DNA of 64,000 nt from an uncultured Pseudomonadales bacterium (GCA_964430265.1 CAYSEI010000003.1:65070-129069), one strand, 5' to 3'; shown: positions 38,627 through 48,167, counted from the stretch's first letter. Made by a program: numbers and translations. The notes: generated from the sequence alone by a model not told the origin.

Positions 38627-41600
38627 ATGAACGATTTAAACACACAACAAACTACTTCCACAACTCCGGAAAATGAACCAATGCCTGTTATTGATTTGGA
38701 AAGAGAAGAGAAAAAGGAAACTAAAAAGGAGAAAGAAAGTGTTGAAAAAAAACTACAAGATTTGAAGAATAAAGCAGAAGATCAAGTTCAAAACAAAACC
38801 TTGCGCGAGGAAGTGCAAAAAGAAATCGGAGAAATTGAAAAACTCCATCAAGCTTTGGAAGGTACATTTTTAGGTATTTTTTTGGAAGGAATAGACGACC
38901 GTATTCAAAGGGTCAATTCAGTAATTAATAAGGCAAAAGAAATAGAAGAGACAGAAACTATTGATGAAGCAAAAATGCAAAGAGTTGGCTTAAAAGAGCT
39001 TCAGAAACAACCAGTAAAAGAACAATTTTTAAATAGTGTGCAACAAAAGGCGATTGATATTTCTAAAGAAGAAACAGTAGAACAAACACTTTCTCAGGAT
39101 GAACTGAGTAGGTATCGTCAACAAGTGCTGGAGGTTGTTGAAAAAGCAAAACAAGAAGGAGATCTAGAAAGTACAACCAAAGCAGTGGAAAGATTAAAAA
39201 ATGGATTAAGTCAACTTGCGGAAAGCAAGGAAAGGACTGAGCAGGCGGAAAGAAGTCGGGAAAGACAGGTAGCAGTTGAAAGAGCCAGGGAAAAAGCGGA
39301 AGAAAAAGAACAAAAAATCAAAGAAAAAAGTAGGGTGACTGAGGAGGAAAAAGAGGAAGTTGTTGATCTTGCAGAACAATTAAAAGCAAGGCTGCGAAGA
39401 AGTGAAATTACAGAAGCTGGGAGGAAGATTATAAGGGATGAGGAATTAAAAAGTGTTTTACAGGGGCAAAGAGAGTCTGGATTGGATGTTGTAGACAATT
39501 TTCTGGATCAATTTAATGAATTAACAAATGAGGATATTTTAAATACTTTGGAAAGGGCGGGCAAAGAGCACATTGAAGAAGTAAAAAATCAGTTTGCCAG
39601 GTCCGCAGGTAGAATCAGGGAAAGGTTGATAAGCGAAAATTACAATACCCAAGATTTTGACGAAGCAATCAATAAAGTTTTTGTAAGACTGGACCAGCTT
39701 GCTGATCCGGAGCAAGCAAGGGAAGAGCAACAAGAACAAGAGGCAGAAAGACTAGAACACAATTTTGGCGGTAGAAGGGAAGAAAGCGGTCTGTTTGCTT
39801 TTAGAATGACAGAAAAAGATAGAGAACAAATGCAAGCCAGGCCATATTTTTATATCCGTAAACTTTTGGCTCAAGTTCATAGTGCAGGAGGAGAAAAAAG
39901 AATATTAATGGATACTTTGGAAACTGCGCAAAGATATTGGGAAGATTTGTACATTAATCATAAAGGAGAAATATTTAGCAAAGACTCAAAGTATACACAA
40001 GAAGAAAAACAAGAAATTTATAAACTGGTAAAAGAAACTTTTAGTAATGAAAAGCTTTTTATTGCTGCATACGGTAGTGCAGGTGTAGGTCAGAGTTTGG
40101 AAGGCAGGCAAAGAACCCGTGACTATTTTGATATTGAACAGATGCTGTTTTTTGATGAAGATTGGAGAATGCGTTTGTTTAAATCTGTTTATGAACAGGA
40201 AGATGTATCTTTTTTGCTGATGCGTTTGGGAGATCGGGTCAGAGAAGGAACCAATATCAGCGGATCTCTAGAAAATATGCGTGAATTTGCTAATAGTCTT
40301 CTTAAAGATGCTTTATCAGCAGAAAACCCCAATGCAGAACAAAGACGTCTGATTGAAAATGCTTTTTCAGGCATGTTTGATAATCCTTTGGAAAAAATGG
40401 ATTTGATCCGGGATATTACCGGGTTTAGTTCTGGAAAAGAAGAGGATTTTGGTATTTTAGAAGAGGAAATGGAGATGTTTTGGAGCTATGAAGACTGGAT
40501 TGGCAAGAACCCAGGTCTTGATATTTTATACCAGGACAAACATTATTGGCTGCCGGTTCATAGGGAAGGTGAAGAAGAAAACACAAGAGATCTGGGCAAT
40601 CCTTATTTAGACGAAGGATCAAGAATGGAAGTGATGATGGTGAAATTGGAAAAACTTAAAGGTAAGGAATTAAGTGAAGTGCTTGATAAATTAAGGTCTG
40701 TAGGGAAATATCGTTTTGAAACAGACAAAGGAAGTTTGGAAATTGATTTTGAAGAAGTTTTAGAAGGAGTTTCTGATAAAAAAGGAGCGGAAAGAATAAG
40801 AAATCAATTGCTTGAAACTCTGCTTAAAATAGAAGAAAAAAAACCAAGAAGTGAAAGAAAATCTAAACAGGAAATTATTCGCTCAGCAAAACAAAAAGCC
40901 CATGTTTTTGAACAGTTTTTTGAATACTGTAGAAGAGCGGATATGGGAGGAAGTCTTAGGGAATTGATTTCAATTAAAACAACTGCTAGAAGAAACAACT
41001 GGGATGGAGTGGAAAGTCTTGTTGATGATATTCAAAGAACAGCACCAGCAGGCGACTTTCATACAGAGTTTTTAGATTCGGCAGTTTTTAAAGGCAAAAA
41101 AAGAGCAATTGAACATGATGTTAAACAGGAAAAGTTTAGTAAAGAAGTTTTAAAAGGAAGAAAAGATGTTTCTGACGAAGAAAGGGACATGCTTTATGAA
41201 GAGTGGGAGCAAGAGTTAGGCAAGGAAGATAAAGAAAGTGAAAGAAACAAAATTAAGGATGAGGTTGATAAAAGGTTTTCCGAATGGAAAAAGGAATATG
41301 TTTTAGGAGAGGCAGCCCAGTTAATAGGTCCGGTGGGACAAGAAATTGGTGCACGTTTGGTTGAAGAAGGAGGCGGATGGATGATAAAAATGCCGGAGAT
41401 TGGTAGCAAAGCTAACATGGAACAAGTCTTAAAAAAGTTTAACCATGCTTTGGAAACCTGGAGTGCACTTTCAAAAGATGCATATGCGCATAAAAAAGTT
41501 GGTAATGCTGGAGACTGGCACGGGAGGTATGCAACTACGCATAAGGCACTAGAACATTTAAAAGAAATTGTGCGAATGGGAAGAAACAAGGCATTTATGG

Positions 41601-42091
41601 AAGGCAAAATTGGAGAACTATATGAATCATTAGGAGCGGACAATTATAAAACACCACCTAATGAAGGTAAAGCTGAATGGTATGATAGGCCGTTTGAAAT
41701 TCTTTTGGGTGGTGAACCTTTGGTAAAAACCCGGGCTGAAGAAGGGAAATTAAGGTCTTATCAAAACTGGTTGCGTGTGGCTCCTTTTCCAATTGAAGCA
41801 AAAGAAACAATATTAAGAAGCTTGCTTGCAGATCAATTGCCGGATGTTGATGCTTCAGAACCAATATATAAACAGTGGAAAGATAGATTAAAAAGGGAAA
41901 TTACTTATCAACGCTGGAAATTTAATGTATTAGGGCTTTATGAGACTATTGGTAAAAAATCCGCTCGCTGGGCATGGCTATTTTTACTGGGCCATTTAAT
42001 TGCTTCTGTTAATGTTTTGTTGAGTGAAACTGAGGGAATCGGAGATGTGGATGTTACTCCGTTTTTTGATCCGTTACAGGTTCTAAAATAA
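38627..42091 (+). CDS. Hypothetical 1154-aa coiled-coil protein with C-terminal hydrophobic helix
   Basis: E/K/R-rich helices; WAWLFLLGHLIASVNVLL near the end; TGGTATAAT and AAGGAG upstream. Confidence 0.8.
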   Translation: MNDLNTQQTTSTTPENEPMPVIDLEREEKKETKKEKESVEKKLQDLKNKAEDQVQNKTLREEVQKEIGEIEKLHQALEGTFLGIFLEGIDDRIQRVNSVINKAKEIEETETIDEAKMQRVGLKELQKQPVKEQFLNSVQQKAIDISKEETVEQTLSQDELSRYRQQVLEVVEKAKQEGDLESTTKAVERLKNGLSQLAESKERTEQAERSRERQVAVERAREKAEEKEQKIKEKSRVTEEEKEEVVDLAEQLKARLRRSEITEAGRKIIRDEELKSVLQGQRESGLDVVDNFLDQFNELTNEDILNTLERAGKEHIEEVKNQFARSAGRIRERLISENYNTQDFDEAINKVFVRLDQLADPEQAREEQQEQEAERLEHNFGGRREESGLFAFRMTEKDREQMQARPYFYIRKLLAQVHSAGGEKRILMDTLETAQRYWEDLYINHKGEIFSKDSKYTQEEKQEIYKLVKETFSNEKLFIAAYGSAGVGQSLEGRQRTRDYFDIEQMLFFDEDWRMRLFKSVYEQEDVSFLLMRLGDRVREGTNISGSLENMREFANSLLKDALSAENPNAEQRRLIENAFSGMFDNPLEKMDLIRDITGFSSGKEEDFGILEEEMEMFWSYEDWIGKNPGLDILYQDKHYWLPVHREGEEENTRDLGNPYLDEGSRMEVMMVKLEKLKGKELSEVLDKLRSVGKYRFETDKGSLEIDFEEVLEGVSDKKGAERIRNQLLETLLKIEEKKPRSERKSKQEIIRSAKQKAHVFEQFFEYCRRADMGGSLRELISIKTTARRNNWDGVESLVDDIQRTAPAGDFHTEFLDSAVFKGKKRAIEHDVKQEKFSKEVLKGRKDVSDEERDMLYEEWEQELGKEDKESERNKIKDEVDKRFSEWKKEYVLGEAAQLIGPVGQEIGARLVEEGGGWMIKMPEIGSKANMEQVLKKFNHALETWSALSKDAYAHKKVGNAGDWHGRYATTHKALEHLKEIVRMGRNKAFMEGKIGELYESLGADNYKTPPNEGKAEWYDRPFEILLGGEPLVKTRAEEGKLRSYQNWLRVAPFPIEAKETILRSLLADQLPDVDASEPIYKQWKDRLKREITYQRWKFNVLGLYETIGKKSARWAWLFLLGHLIASVNVLLSETEGIGDVDVTPFFDPLQVLK

Positions 42092-42094
42092 GAA

Positions 42095-43579
42095 TTAGGT
42101 TCTTCTGTTTCTTTCTGAAAGCTGTGCTTTAGTAAGCGCATCGCTTCTTCTCTGACGTCTCCATTGCTGATAAGATTGACGTACTTGCATAGGTCTTGCC
42201 ATACTGCCGGCAATTTGTTGGGCAACCATTCCACCCATTTTATCTTCAACACCAAAAGCTCCCTTAACAATTTCAGGTACTTTGGTAATCATTAAGATCA
42301 TGCCAAAGCCGATTACGGACAGAATTGGATTACCAAGAGAATTTCCTGATGTATTGAAGAATCCGAATAATGGAGGGACCCAAACGTTTTCATCGTTTTC
42401 AGTTGCACTATAATAACCCACATCGCAAGAAACACACCAAGGGTTTGAATCATCATTACATGCAGAATCACAATCTCCTGGTGTTACGTGTGATCTATTT
42501 CCCATCATTAAAGCGGCAACAAGAAACATTATCCCTACGGCGGGAAAAACTAAGATATTTGCAAGCAGGCTTTTAATCCAGTTTTTAAAACTGTCATTTC
42601 CGGGAATAGCGTTAAATAGAATTACTAAAGGTGAAAAAACAATTTGAACAACAACACTGACATATGTTTTTGCCAGTGAAAAGAAAATTTTGGCAATGTT
42701 AAAGAAAAGAACAAAAAACATAAAGGTAAACCCCAAATTTCCAACAAGTTTTCCTGAGATCCACCCAAGTCCTCGTCGGACTAAATTTTCATCACCAAAA
42801 AGACTATTGACTAAGTTATCCAATGCATGAGCAGGAGCTCTGGCAAAAAGCTTTTTACCAGAGAAGGTTATTTCAAACAGGTTTTTTCTTAATAAGTTTT
42901 GAATTACTTCTTCGGAACTAGTAATTAAACCGGAAAATTGTAAAAGACCGACAAAACCGTAAATAATAATATAAATAAGGTCAATTAGTAATCCGGCAAT
43001 TGCATAGGAAAAAGTAATTAAAAGCAATGTAACTACAATCCTTGGGAGGGCGGATTGCACAGTAATAACTGTTTGCGGGTCAATCTTGCTTCTAAACATT
43101 ATCATGAAGCCAACTATTATAAATATAAAAACAAAAAATACATAAGAGAGATTTCTAAAAGCCTTCCAGATTTCCAAAAAAGGAGCCAGTGCACGCCATC
43201 CTGTTGAATTTTCTTGTGCAAAAGCAGGGGAAGCAATCCCAATCCTTTGTCCAATATCTGCAAAATATTCAATACTGCTTGCGGGTGGACTGTCAATCAT
43301 GTAAGCAACTTGATTGGTTAACATTGGAATTAAACCGCTGGTACTTCCGTCTTGTTCGGAAGTTTCATACATGACTGTATTCAAGGATCCTGAGGTTGCT
43401 GCTACTGTTTGTGCCACCCAGCATTCTTGGTTCATCTGACCTTCTTCACATTTCTCCAGTGCATTTTTAAAGCTTTGTTGAGCTTCAGATTGGGCAATAG
43501 CAGGATTAGGGGATAAGAAAAGGAAAGCGGTAAAAACAAACAGTAAACTAACAAATATAATAGTTTTTAAATTTTTCAT
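42095..43579 (-). CDS. VirB6/TrbL-like polytopic membrane protein
   Basis: W..FRNL.Y.FFV....IVGFMIMFR...QSALPRIVV.LLLITFSYAIAG..ID; downstream of the pilin array. Confidence 0.7.
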   Translation of the reverse strand: MKNLKTIIFVSLLFVFTAFLFLSPNPAIAQSEAQQSFKNALEKCEEGQMNQECWVAQTVAATSGSLNTVMYETSEQDGSTSGLIPMLTNQVAYMIDSPPASSIEYFADIGQRIGIASPAFAQENSTGWRALAPFLEIWKAFRNLSYVFFVFIFIIVGFMIMFRSKIDPQTVITVQSALPRIVVTLLLITFSYAIAGLLIDLIYIIIYGFVGLLQFSGLITSSEEVIQNLLRKNLFEITFSGKKLFARAPAHALDNLVNSLFGDENLVRRGLGWISGKLVGNLGFTFMFFVLFFNIAKIFFSLAKTYVSVVVQIVFSPLVILFNAIPGNDSFKNWIKSLLANILVFPAVGIMFLVAALMMGNRSHVTPGDCDSACNDDSNPWCVSCDVGYYSATENDENVWVPPLFGFFNTSGNSLGNPILSVIGFGMILMITKVPEIVKGAFGVEDKMGGMVAQQIAGSMARPMQVRQSYQQWRRQRRSDALTKAQLSERNRRT

Positions 43580-43623
43580 TGCTTTGATTTTAATTAATTT
43601 TACTCTTATTTACAAGCTGATGT

Positions 43624-43953
43624 TTAGTTAACAATTTTAAAAACAGTTACTTCAACACCGGTAAAGGATTCAATTATTCGGAATATAAACCAGACTCCTA
43701 TTATCAATATTAATCCAATTAATGCAGTAGTAATTGTTTTTTTTGCTTGCTGGGTTTGTTCTGGGTTTGCTCCTGCGGTAAGGAATTGGAAACCTCCAAT
43801 TAAAAGCATAATAAAAAGTACAATTGCACCGGCAGTGGTGATCAAAGATAAAATATTGCCAATCAATATTTCCAGATCGCCAAAGTCTGCCGGTTCATTT
43901 GCAGGAGAATCCCATTCTTCTAATTGAGCATAAACAGTTGATACTAGGCTCAT
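43624..43953 (-). CDS. T4SS pilin (VirB2/TrbC-like)
   Basis: VYA|Q; two TMs with GGFQFLTAGANPE...AKKTIT.A.IG. Confidence 0.85.
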   Translation of the reverse strand: MSLVSTVYAQLEEWDSPANEPADFGDLEILIGNILSLITTAGAIVLFIMLLIGGFQFLTAGANPEQTQQAKKTITTALIGLILIIGVWFIFRIIESFTGVEVTVFKIVN

Positions 43954-43962
43954 AAATATGTT

Positions 43963-44337
43963 TTATCTAATAGATGGGATGTCAATTTCGCTAAAGCTGA
44001 CGCCAAAGAATTGACCCACCAATTGCATAACTGCCCAAGCTGCGGCAACAATTGCCAAGCCAACTAAAGCAGCAGTTATTTTGTTGCGTGCCTCTTCATA
44101 TTGTGCTTTGTCTCCACCTGAGGTTATCCATTGAATTCCGCCCCAGACTAGGTATACAAAGGTTAAAAGTCCGGCGATTGCCAAAATAACAGTAATGCCA
44201 TTTTGAATTAATTGTCCTAATCTGCCTTCGGGAACGCCTTGTTCTGGCGGTTCCACTACAATGTCTTGTGCATAAGCAACAGATCCAGACAATAAAGTTG
44301 TTAAAACTGAACTGCCTAATTTTGCTAATTTTTTCAT
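43963..44337 (-). CDS. T4SS pilin (VirB2/TrbC-like), probable major pilin
   Basis: Signal peptide AYA|Q; WGGIQWITSGGDK...ARNKITAALVG; perfect SD and promoter. Confidence 0.88.
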   Translation of the reverse strand: MKKLAKLGSSVLTTLLSGSVAYAQDIVVEPPEQGVPEGRLGQLIQNGITVILAIAGLLTFVYLVWGGIQWITSGGDKAQYEEARNKITAALVGLAIVAAAWAVMQLVGQFFGVSFSEIDIPSIR

Positions 44338-44339
44338 AT

Positions 44340-44392
44340 TCACCTCCTTTAATCTTATTTTTTAATTATAACTATCCCTTCTCTGTTGTCAA
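44340..44392 (-). promoter_or_regulatory. Consensus sigma70 promoter and full SD for pilin 43963-44337
   Basis: TTGACA (44387-92)-N16-TATAAT (44365-70); AAGGAGGTGA (44340-49). Confidence 0.85.
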
Positions 44393-44399
44393 GGGAAAA

Positions 44400-44756
44400 T
44401 TAGATACCGAGATTAAATACTGCGTTTGTTCCGGTTGTCCCAATACCCAAGAATTTAATTGCCAGCCGCCAAATTACCCAAGCCACTGCTAGTAATGCAA
44501 GTCCAATCAAAGAATGAAGCATTTTGTTGCGTGCATCTTCTACCCGTGACTTGTCGCCTTCAGCAGTAATATATTCTAAAGCACCCCATACAAAATATCC
44601 CAGTGTAAGAAGGGCTCCAATAGCAATTGCAAAGGTAACTATATTAGAAACAAGAGTTCCAATATTTTTGATTTCAAACAATGCATCTGCTTCATCCCGG
44701 ATATTAGTGTTTACGGGTTGTGCGTATACTGGAGGAATAATGTTTAATAAATTCAT
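44400..44756 (-). CDS. T4SS pilin (VirB2/TrbC-like)
   Basis: VYA|Q; WGALEYITAEGDK...ARNKM..SLIG. Confidence 0.85.
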   Translation of the reverse strand: MNLLNIIPPVYAQPVNTNIRDEADALFEIKNIGTLVSNIVTFAIAIGALLTLGYFVWGALEYITAEGDKSRVEDARNKMLHSLIGLALLAVAWVIWRLAIKFLGIGTTGTNAVFNLGI

Positions 44757-44757
44757 T

Positions 44758-45093
44758 TTATTGTGGTGTTGGCCAAACTATATTTAATATATCAAAACCA
44801 AAGATTGCTTCCGCCAGGATCATAATAGCAAAGGATCCGGCTAAAAGAGCCATACCAATGAAAGCATGAGTGATTTTATTTTTAGCTGCTTCCAGTTTAT
44901 CTGGTTTGCCTTCACTCATCAGCCAGTCAACTGCACCCCAGACAAAGTATAGAAGAAGAGCCACACCGCCTACGACAACAACAGTCCTCCATAAACGGAC
45001 AAATAATGGTGCAAGTGGGTTACCGGCAACGCCAGTATATCCGCCTTCTGAATTTGGCAAAACTGGATTAGTAATTTGTGCTATTTTTTTCAT
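44758..45093 (-). CDS. T4SS pilin (VirB2/TrbC-like)
   Basis: IA|Q; WGAVDWLMSEGKP...AKNKIT.AFIG. Confidence 0.85.
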   Translation of the reverse strand: MKKIAQITNPVLPNSEGGYTGVAGNPLAPLFVRLWRTVVVVGGVALLLYFVWGAVDWLMSEGKPDKLEAAKNKITHAFIGMALLAGSFAIMILAEAIFGFDILNIVWPTPQ

Positions 45094-45473
45094 CAGCTCC
45101 AGAAATTTCTTATATATTCTCCCGGGTTTAATATATTTACTCCCAGGATTGATCCTACTATAAATATTACTGCATAAGCTGCCACAACTACAATAAGACC
45201 AATAGCAGCGTCTGTCAGCATTTTTTTGGATTTTTCCACTTGGTCCTGCTTACCTCCAGCAGTTATCCAATTCAGCCCGCCAATAAAAAAGTAGATAATA
45301 AAAAGAATTCCGGCAACAATTGTAAATGTGCCAATTACATTGGAAAGAATTTTTTCAAGTGTAGGAATTCCGTAATCTCCGGTATTGGGATTATAAGCTC
45401 CGGTAATTCCTTCTATTGCACCAAGATTCTCTTGGGCATAGACTTCTGTTATTAAGTTATTTAAAATTTTCAT
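45093..45473 (-). CDS. T4SS pilin (VirB2/TrbC-like)
   Basis: VYA|Q; GGLNWITAGGK...SKKMLT.A.IG. Confidence 0.85.
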   Translation of the reverse strand: MKILNNLITEVYAQENLGAIEGITGAYNPNTGDYGIPTLEKILSNVIGTFTIVAGILFIIYFFIGGLNWITAGGKQDQVEKSKKMLTDAAIGLIVVVAAYAVIFIVGSILGVNILNPGEYIRNFWS

Positions 45474-45856
45474 ATTCCTGGTCCATAAATTTTAGGTTGT
45501 AATATTGCTGTTGCATCTTTAAAGATCAGCCATCCAAGTAAAGCAGCGATAGTAAATGAAGCAACAATGATTACCAGACCAAGAAGTGAATTAAATATTT
45601 TTTGCCAGGCGTTTTGAATTTTCTCAGGATCACCACTGGCAGTAATAAAGTCAAATCCGGCCAGAAGAAGATTAAAAAAAGTCCAAATTCCGGCAACAAT
45701 AGTTAAGGTTTTAACAATATTGCTGAGAAATCCTACCAGTCCGCCGTTGGGATTATTGTAGTCTCCATATCCGTCTTGAAGAGGGTTGCTGATATTGCCA
45801 AAAACGTCTTGCGCATAGGCAGTGGAAACAATTTTGTTATATATTTTATTAATCAT
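45470..45856 (-). CDS. T4SS pilin (VirB2/TrbC-like)
   Basis: Start at 45856 (ATGA overlap); AYA|Q; AGFDFITASGDPE...AWQKIF.S.LG. Confidence 0.85.
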   Translation of the reverse strand: MINKIYNKIVSTAYAQDVFGNISNPLQDGYGDYNNPNGGLVGFLSNIVKTLTIVAGIWTFFNLLLAGFDFITASGDPEKIQNAWQKIFNSLLGLVIIVASFTIAALLGWLIFKDATAILQPKIYGPGI

Positions 45857-46173
45857 ATTCCAGTACCTTCCAAAATTGGCACTCCTGTAATGTATTGTAC
45901 TATTTGAATAATCCAAAAAGCAGCAAATACCAAAATAAATCCAATTATTGCTGCTGTGATCGCTTTACTGCCTTGTGCTTTTTGCTGCGGATCATTTCCA
46001 CTCGTTATTATAGCAAAACCGCCTCCTATGAGCAAAAAGAAAAGTAATAGGCCTGCTACCATTAGGACGTTGGGTAAAATAGCGGTAATAAATTCGCCAA
46101 TGCTGCCGTAGCCGGTTTTATTGGCTATTCCTTCGTTTCCAAGTTTAAATTTGTCTCCAATATCTACTGGCAT
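45853..46173 (-). CDS. T4SS pilin (VirB2/TrbC-like)
   Basis: GGFAIITSGNDPQ...GSKAITAAIIG; no leader peptide. Confidence 0.82.
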   Translation of the reverse strand: MPVDIGDKFKLGNEGIANKTGYGSIGEFITAILPNVLMVAGLLLFFLLIGGGFAIITSGNDPQQKAQGSKAITAAIIGFILVFAAFWIIQIVQYITGVPILEGTGI

Positions 46174-46253
46174 TTGCAGATATTATAGCATGTAAAACTA
46201 AAAGAGTGAAAGAGGGGAAGCTTTTTAATTGTAGGTGTTGATATAATACGTTT

Positions 46254-47237
46254 ATGCTGAAAAAAGAAATTTTAAAGTTTAAAAACCAGTTTGATCCGCT
46301 GTTAAAGAAAAAACTAAAAAAGGAAGAAAGTCTTTTTTTTAAAGAATATTCACTGCTTATTAGAGAGATTGAAAGAGTAACCTTTTCTGGAGGAAAACGG
46401 ATCAGGCCATTGTTGGTATGTTGGGGGTATCAAGCAGTTGGTGGAGGAAATTTTGCAGATGTAGTTGATGCATGCTTTAGTATTGAACTTTTTCATACAT
46501 TTGCTTTGATACACGATGATATTATGGATAAATCAGAAAAACGTAGAGGTAAAATAACTACTTGGAAAAAAATAGGAGTTGATAAAGCAATTTTGACAGG
46601 AGACTTGTGTTTAAGTTTAGCGGATGAATACTTTCCTCAAAAAGCAAATAAAAAATATTTTAATTTATTAAAAAAAGAAACCTGTCTGGGTCAGTATTTG
46701 GATATTCAGAACAATAAAGAATTTAGTGAAAAACAAGTAAGAAAAATTTTAGATTTTAAAACTGCAAAATATACAATTGTCCGTCCTTTGCAGATTGGTG
46801 CTAGTTTTAAAACGCAAGATGATAAAATTATGAAGCTTTTTTTGAAATATGGTAAAAGAATGGGAACAGCATTTCAAATAAAAGATGATTTATTGGGTGT
46901 TTTTGGAGAAGATAATAAAACAGGCAAGCCAGTTGGAGAAGATATTAGTGAAGGGAAAAAAACCTTGCTGATTGCAAAGTTAAAAAAAATAGGAAAAAGT
47001 ATGAAAAAAAAGGAGAAAGAAAAATTTTCAAATTTGTTTAACTGTAAAAAAAGATTAAACAAGAGTGAACAGAAATTCATTATTAACCTTTTTAAAAAAT
47101 ATAATATAGACAAAGAAGTAATTGCAGAAATGCAAAAAGAAGCAGAACAGGCAAGAAAGATAATCAACAATTCGGATATAAAAGAAAAAGAAAAACTTTT
47201 ACAAATGACTCAATATCTTATTAATAGAGAACATTAA
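46254..47237 (+). CDS. Trans-polyprenyl diphosphate synthase (FPP/GGPP)
   Basis: GGKRIRP, LIHDDIMD..RRG, GQYLD, KTAKYT, FQIKDDLLG. Confidence 0.93.
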   Translation: MLKKEILKFKNQFDPLLKKKLKKEESLFFKEYSLLIREIERVTFSGGKRIRPLLVCWGYQAVGGGNFADVVDACFSIELFHTFALIHDDIMDKSEKRRGKITTWKKIGVDKAILTGDLCLSLADEYFPQKANKKYFNLLKKETCLGQYLDIQNNKEFSEKQVRKILDFKTAKYTIVRPLQIGASFKTQDDKIMKLFLKYGKRMGTAFQIKDDLLGVFGEDNKTGKPVGEDISEGKKTLLIAKLKKIGKSMKKKEKEKFSNLFNCKKRLNKSEQKFIINLFKKYNIDKEVIAEMQKEAEQARKIINNSDIKEKEKLLQMTQYLINREH

Positions 47238-47780
47238 ATGAACGAAAAAAAACTGATTAGCAAAATACTTAAAGGAAACAAGCGAGCAAAAAAGAAATTT
47301 TATCAGTATTATAAGCCGCGGCTGGTTAAATATATCCAAATAAAAACGCCAAATAAACAAGATGCAGAAGAGATTTTACAAGATACATTTATGTCTGCTT
47401 TTTTATCTTTGCCTAATTTTAAACAGGACAGTTCTTTGTATACATGGCTTTGTTCAATAGCCCGGCATGAAATAGCGGATTTTTACCGCAAAAAAAAGAT
47501 TAAGACTATTGTTTTTTCCCGCTTGCCTTTTCTAGAAAATTTATTTTCTGAAGCTTTGGGACCGGAATTAAAATACAAGGAAAAGAAGATAAAGGAAAAG
47601 ATTAGTGATTCTTTTGGCAGTTTAAAAAAAGAATACGTGCAAATTCTCAAACTTAAATATATTCATAACAAATCGGTGAAAGAGATTGCTAAAATACTGG
47701 GTAAGAGTTTTAAAGCAACAGAATCACTTCTTTACCGGGCAAGAAAAGCATTTCAAAGGGAATACTTATTGCTTGATTAA
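47238..47780 (+). CDS. ECF sigma factor
   Basis: DAEEILQDTF, TWL..IAR, region 4 EIAKILG...LYRAR. Confidence 0.92.
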   Translation: MNEKKLISKILKGNKRAKKKFYQYYKPRLVKYIQIKTPNKQDAEEILQDTFMSAFLSLPNFKQDSSLYTWLCSIARHEIADFYRKKKIKTIVFSRLPFLENLFSEALGPELKYKEKKIKEKISDSFGSLKKEYVQILKLKYIHNKSVKEIAKILGKSFKATESLLYRARKAFQREYLLLD

Positions 47781-47824
47781 AAGCAAATTCGAATGATTTT
47801 TCTTTTTTTTACGACAGATATAGT

Positions 47825-48166
47825 GTGACTAACAAAGTAAAAAAAGTTTGTAAATACACGATATTGTTTTCTATCAAAGAATCTTATCTTTTTGTGCGCA
47901 ATTTACTGGGTTTATGGACACATCCGTATAAAACACTGCGTTTAATTAAAAAAGAAAAAGATTATAGTCAGGCAATTCTTGTATTAGGATTCCCTTTTTA
48001 CATTATTTTCTTTGGCACCTTTTTTATATTCTTTTCTCGGATACTGATTGGTGCTCCCTCTGATTGGGGAAGATTAGCGCAAGCAAGTTTTTATTCATTG
48101 TTTTTTATTTCTTTTATGGTTTTTATATACATTACTTATTGGGGAATGAAGGTTAGAAAGGATTAA
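47825..48166 (+). CDS. Small two-TM membrane protein
   Basis: Hydrophobic ORF following the ECF sigma gene; start uncertain. Confidence 0.6.
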   Translation: MTNKVKKVCKYTILFSIKESYLFVRNLLGLWTHPYKTLRLIKKEKDYSQAILVLGFPFYIIFFGTFFIFFSRILIGAPSDWGRLAQASFYSLFFISFMVFIYITYWGMKVRKD

Positions 48167-48167
48167 A

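Noticed and set aside
17612-46173. Integrative conjugative element or plasmid
   Set aside because: No integrase, relaxase, coupling protein or flanking direct repeats seen; interleaved with housekeeping genes beside oriC
43624-46173. CRISPR, DNA repeat array or diversity-generating retroelement behind the pilin array
   Set aside because: Similarity is at protein level only; no identical DNA repeats, reverse transcriptase or recombinase seen
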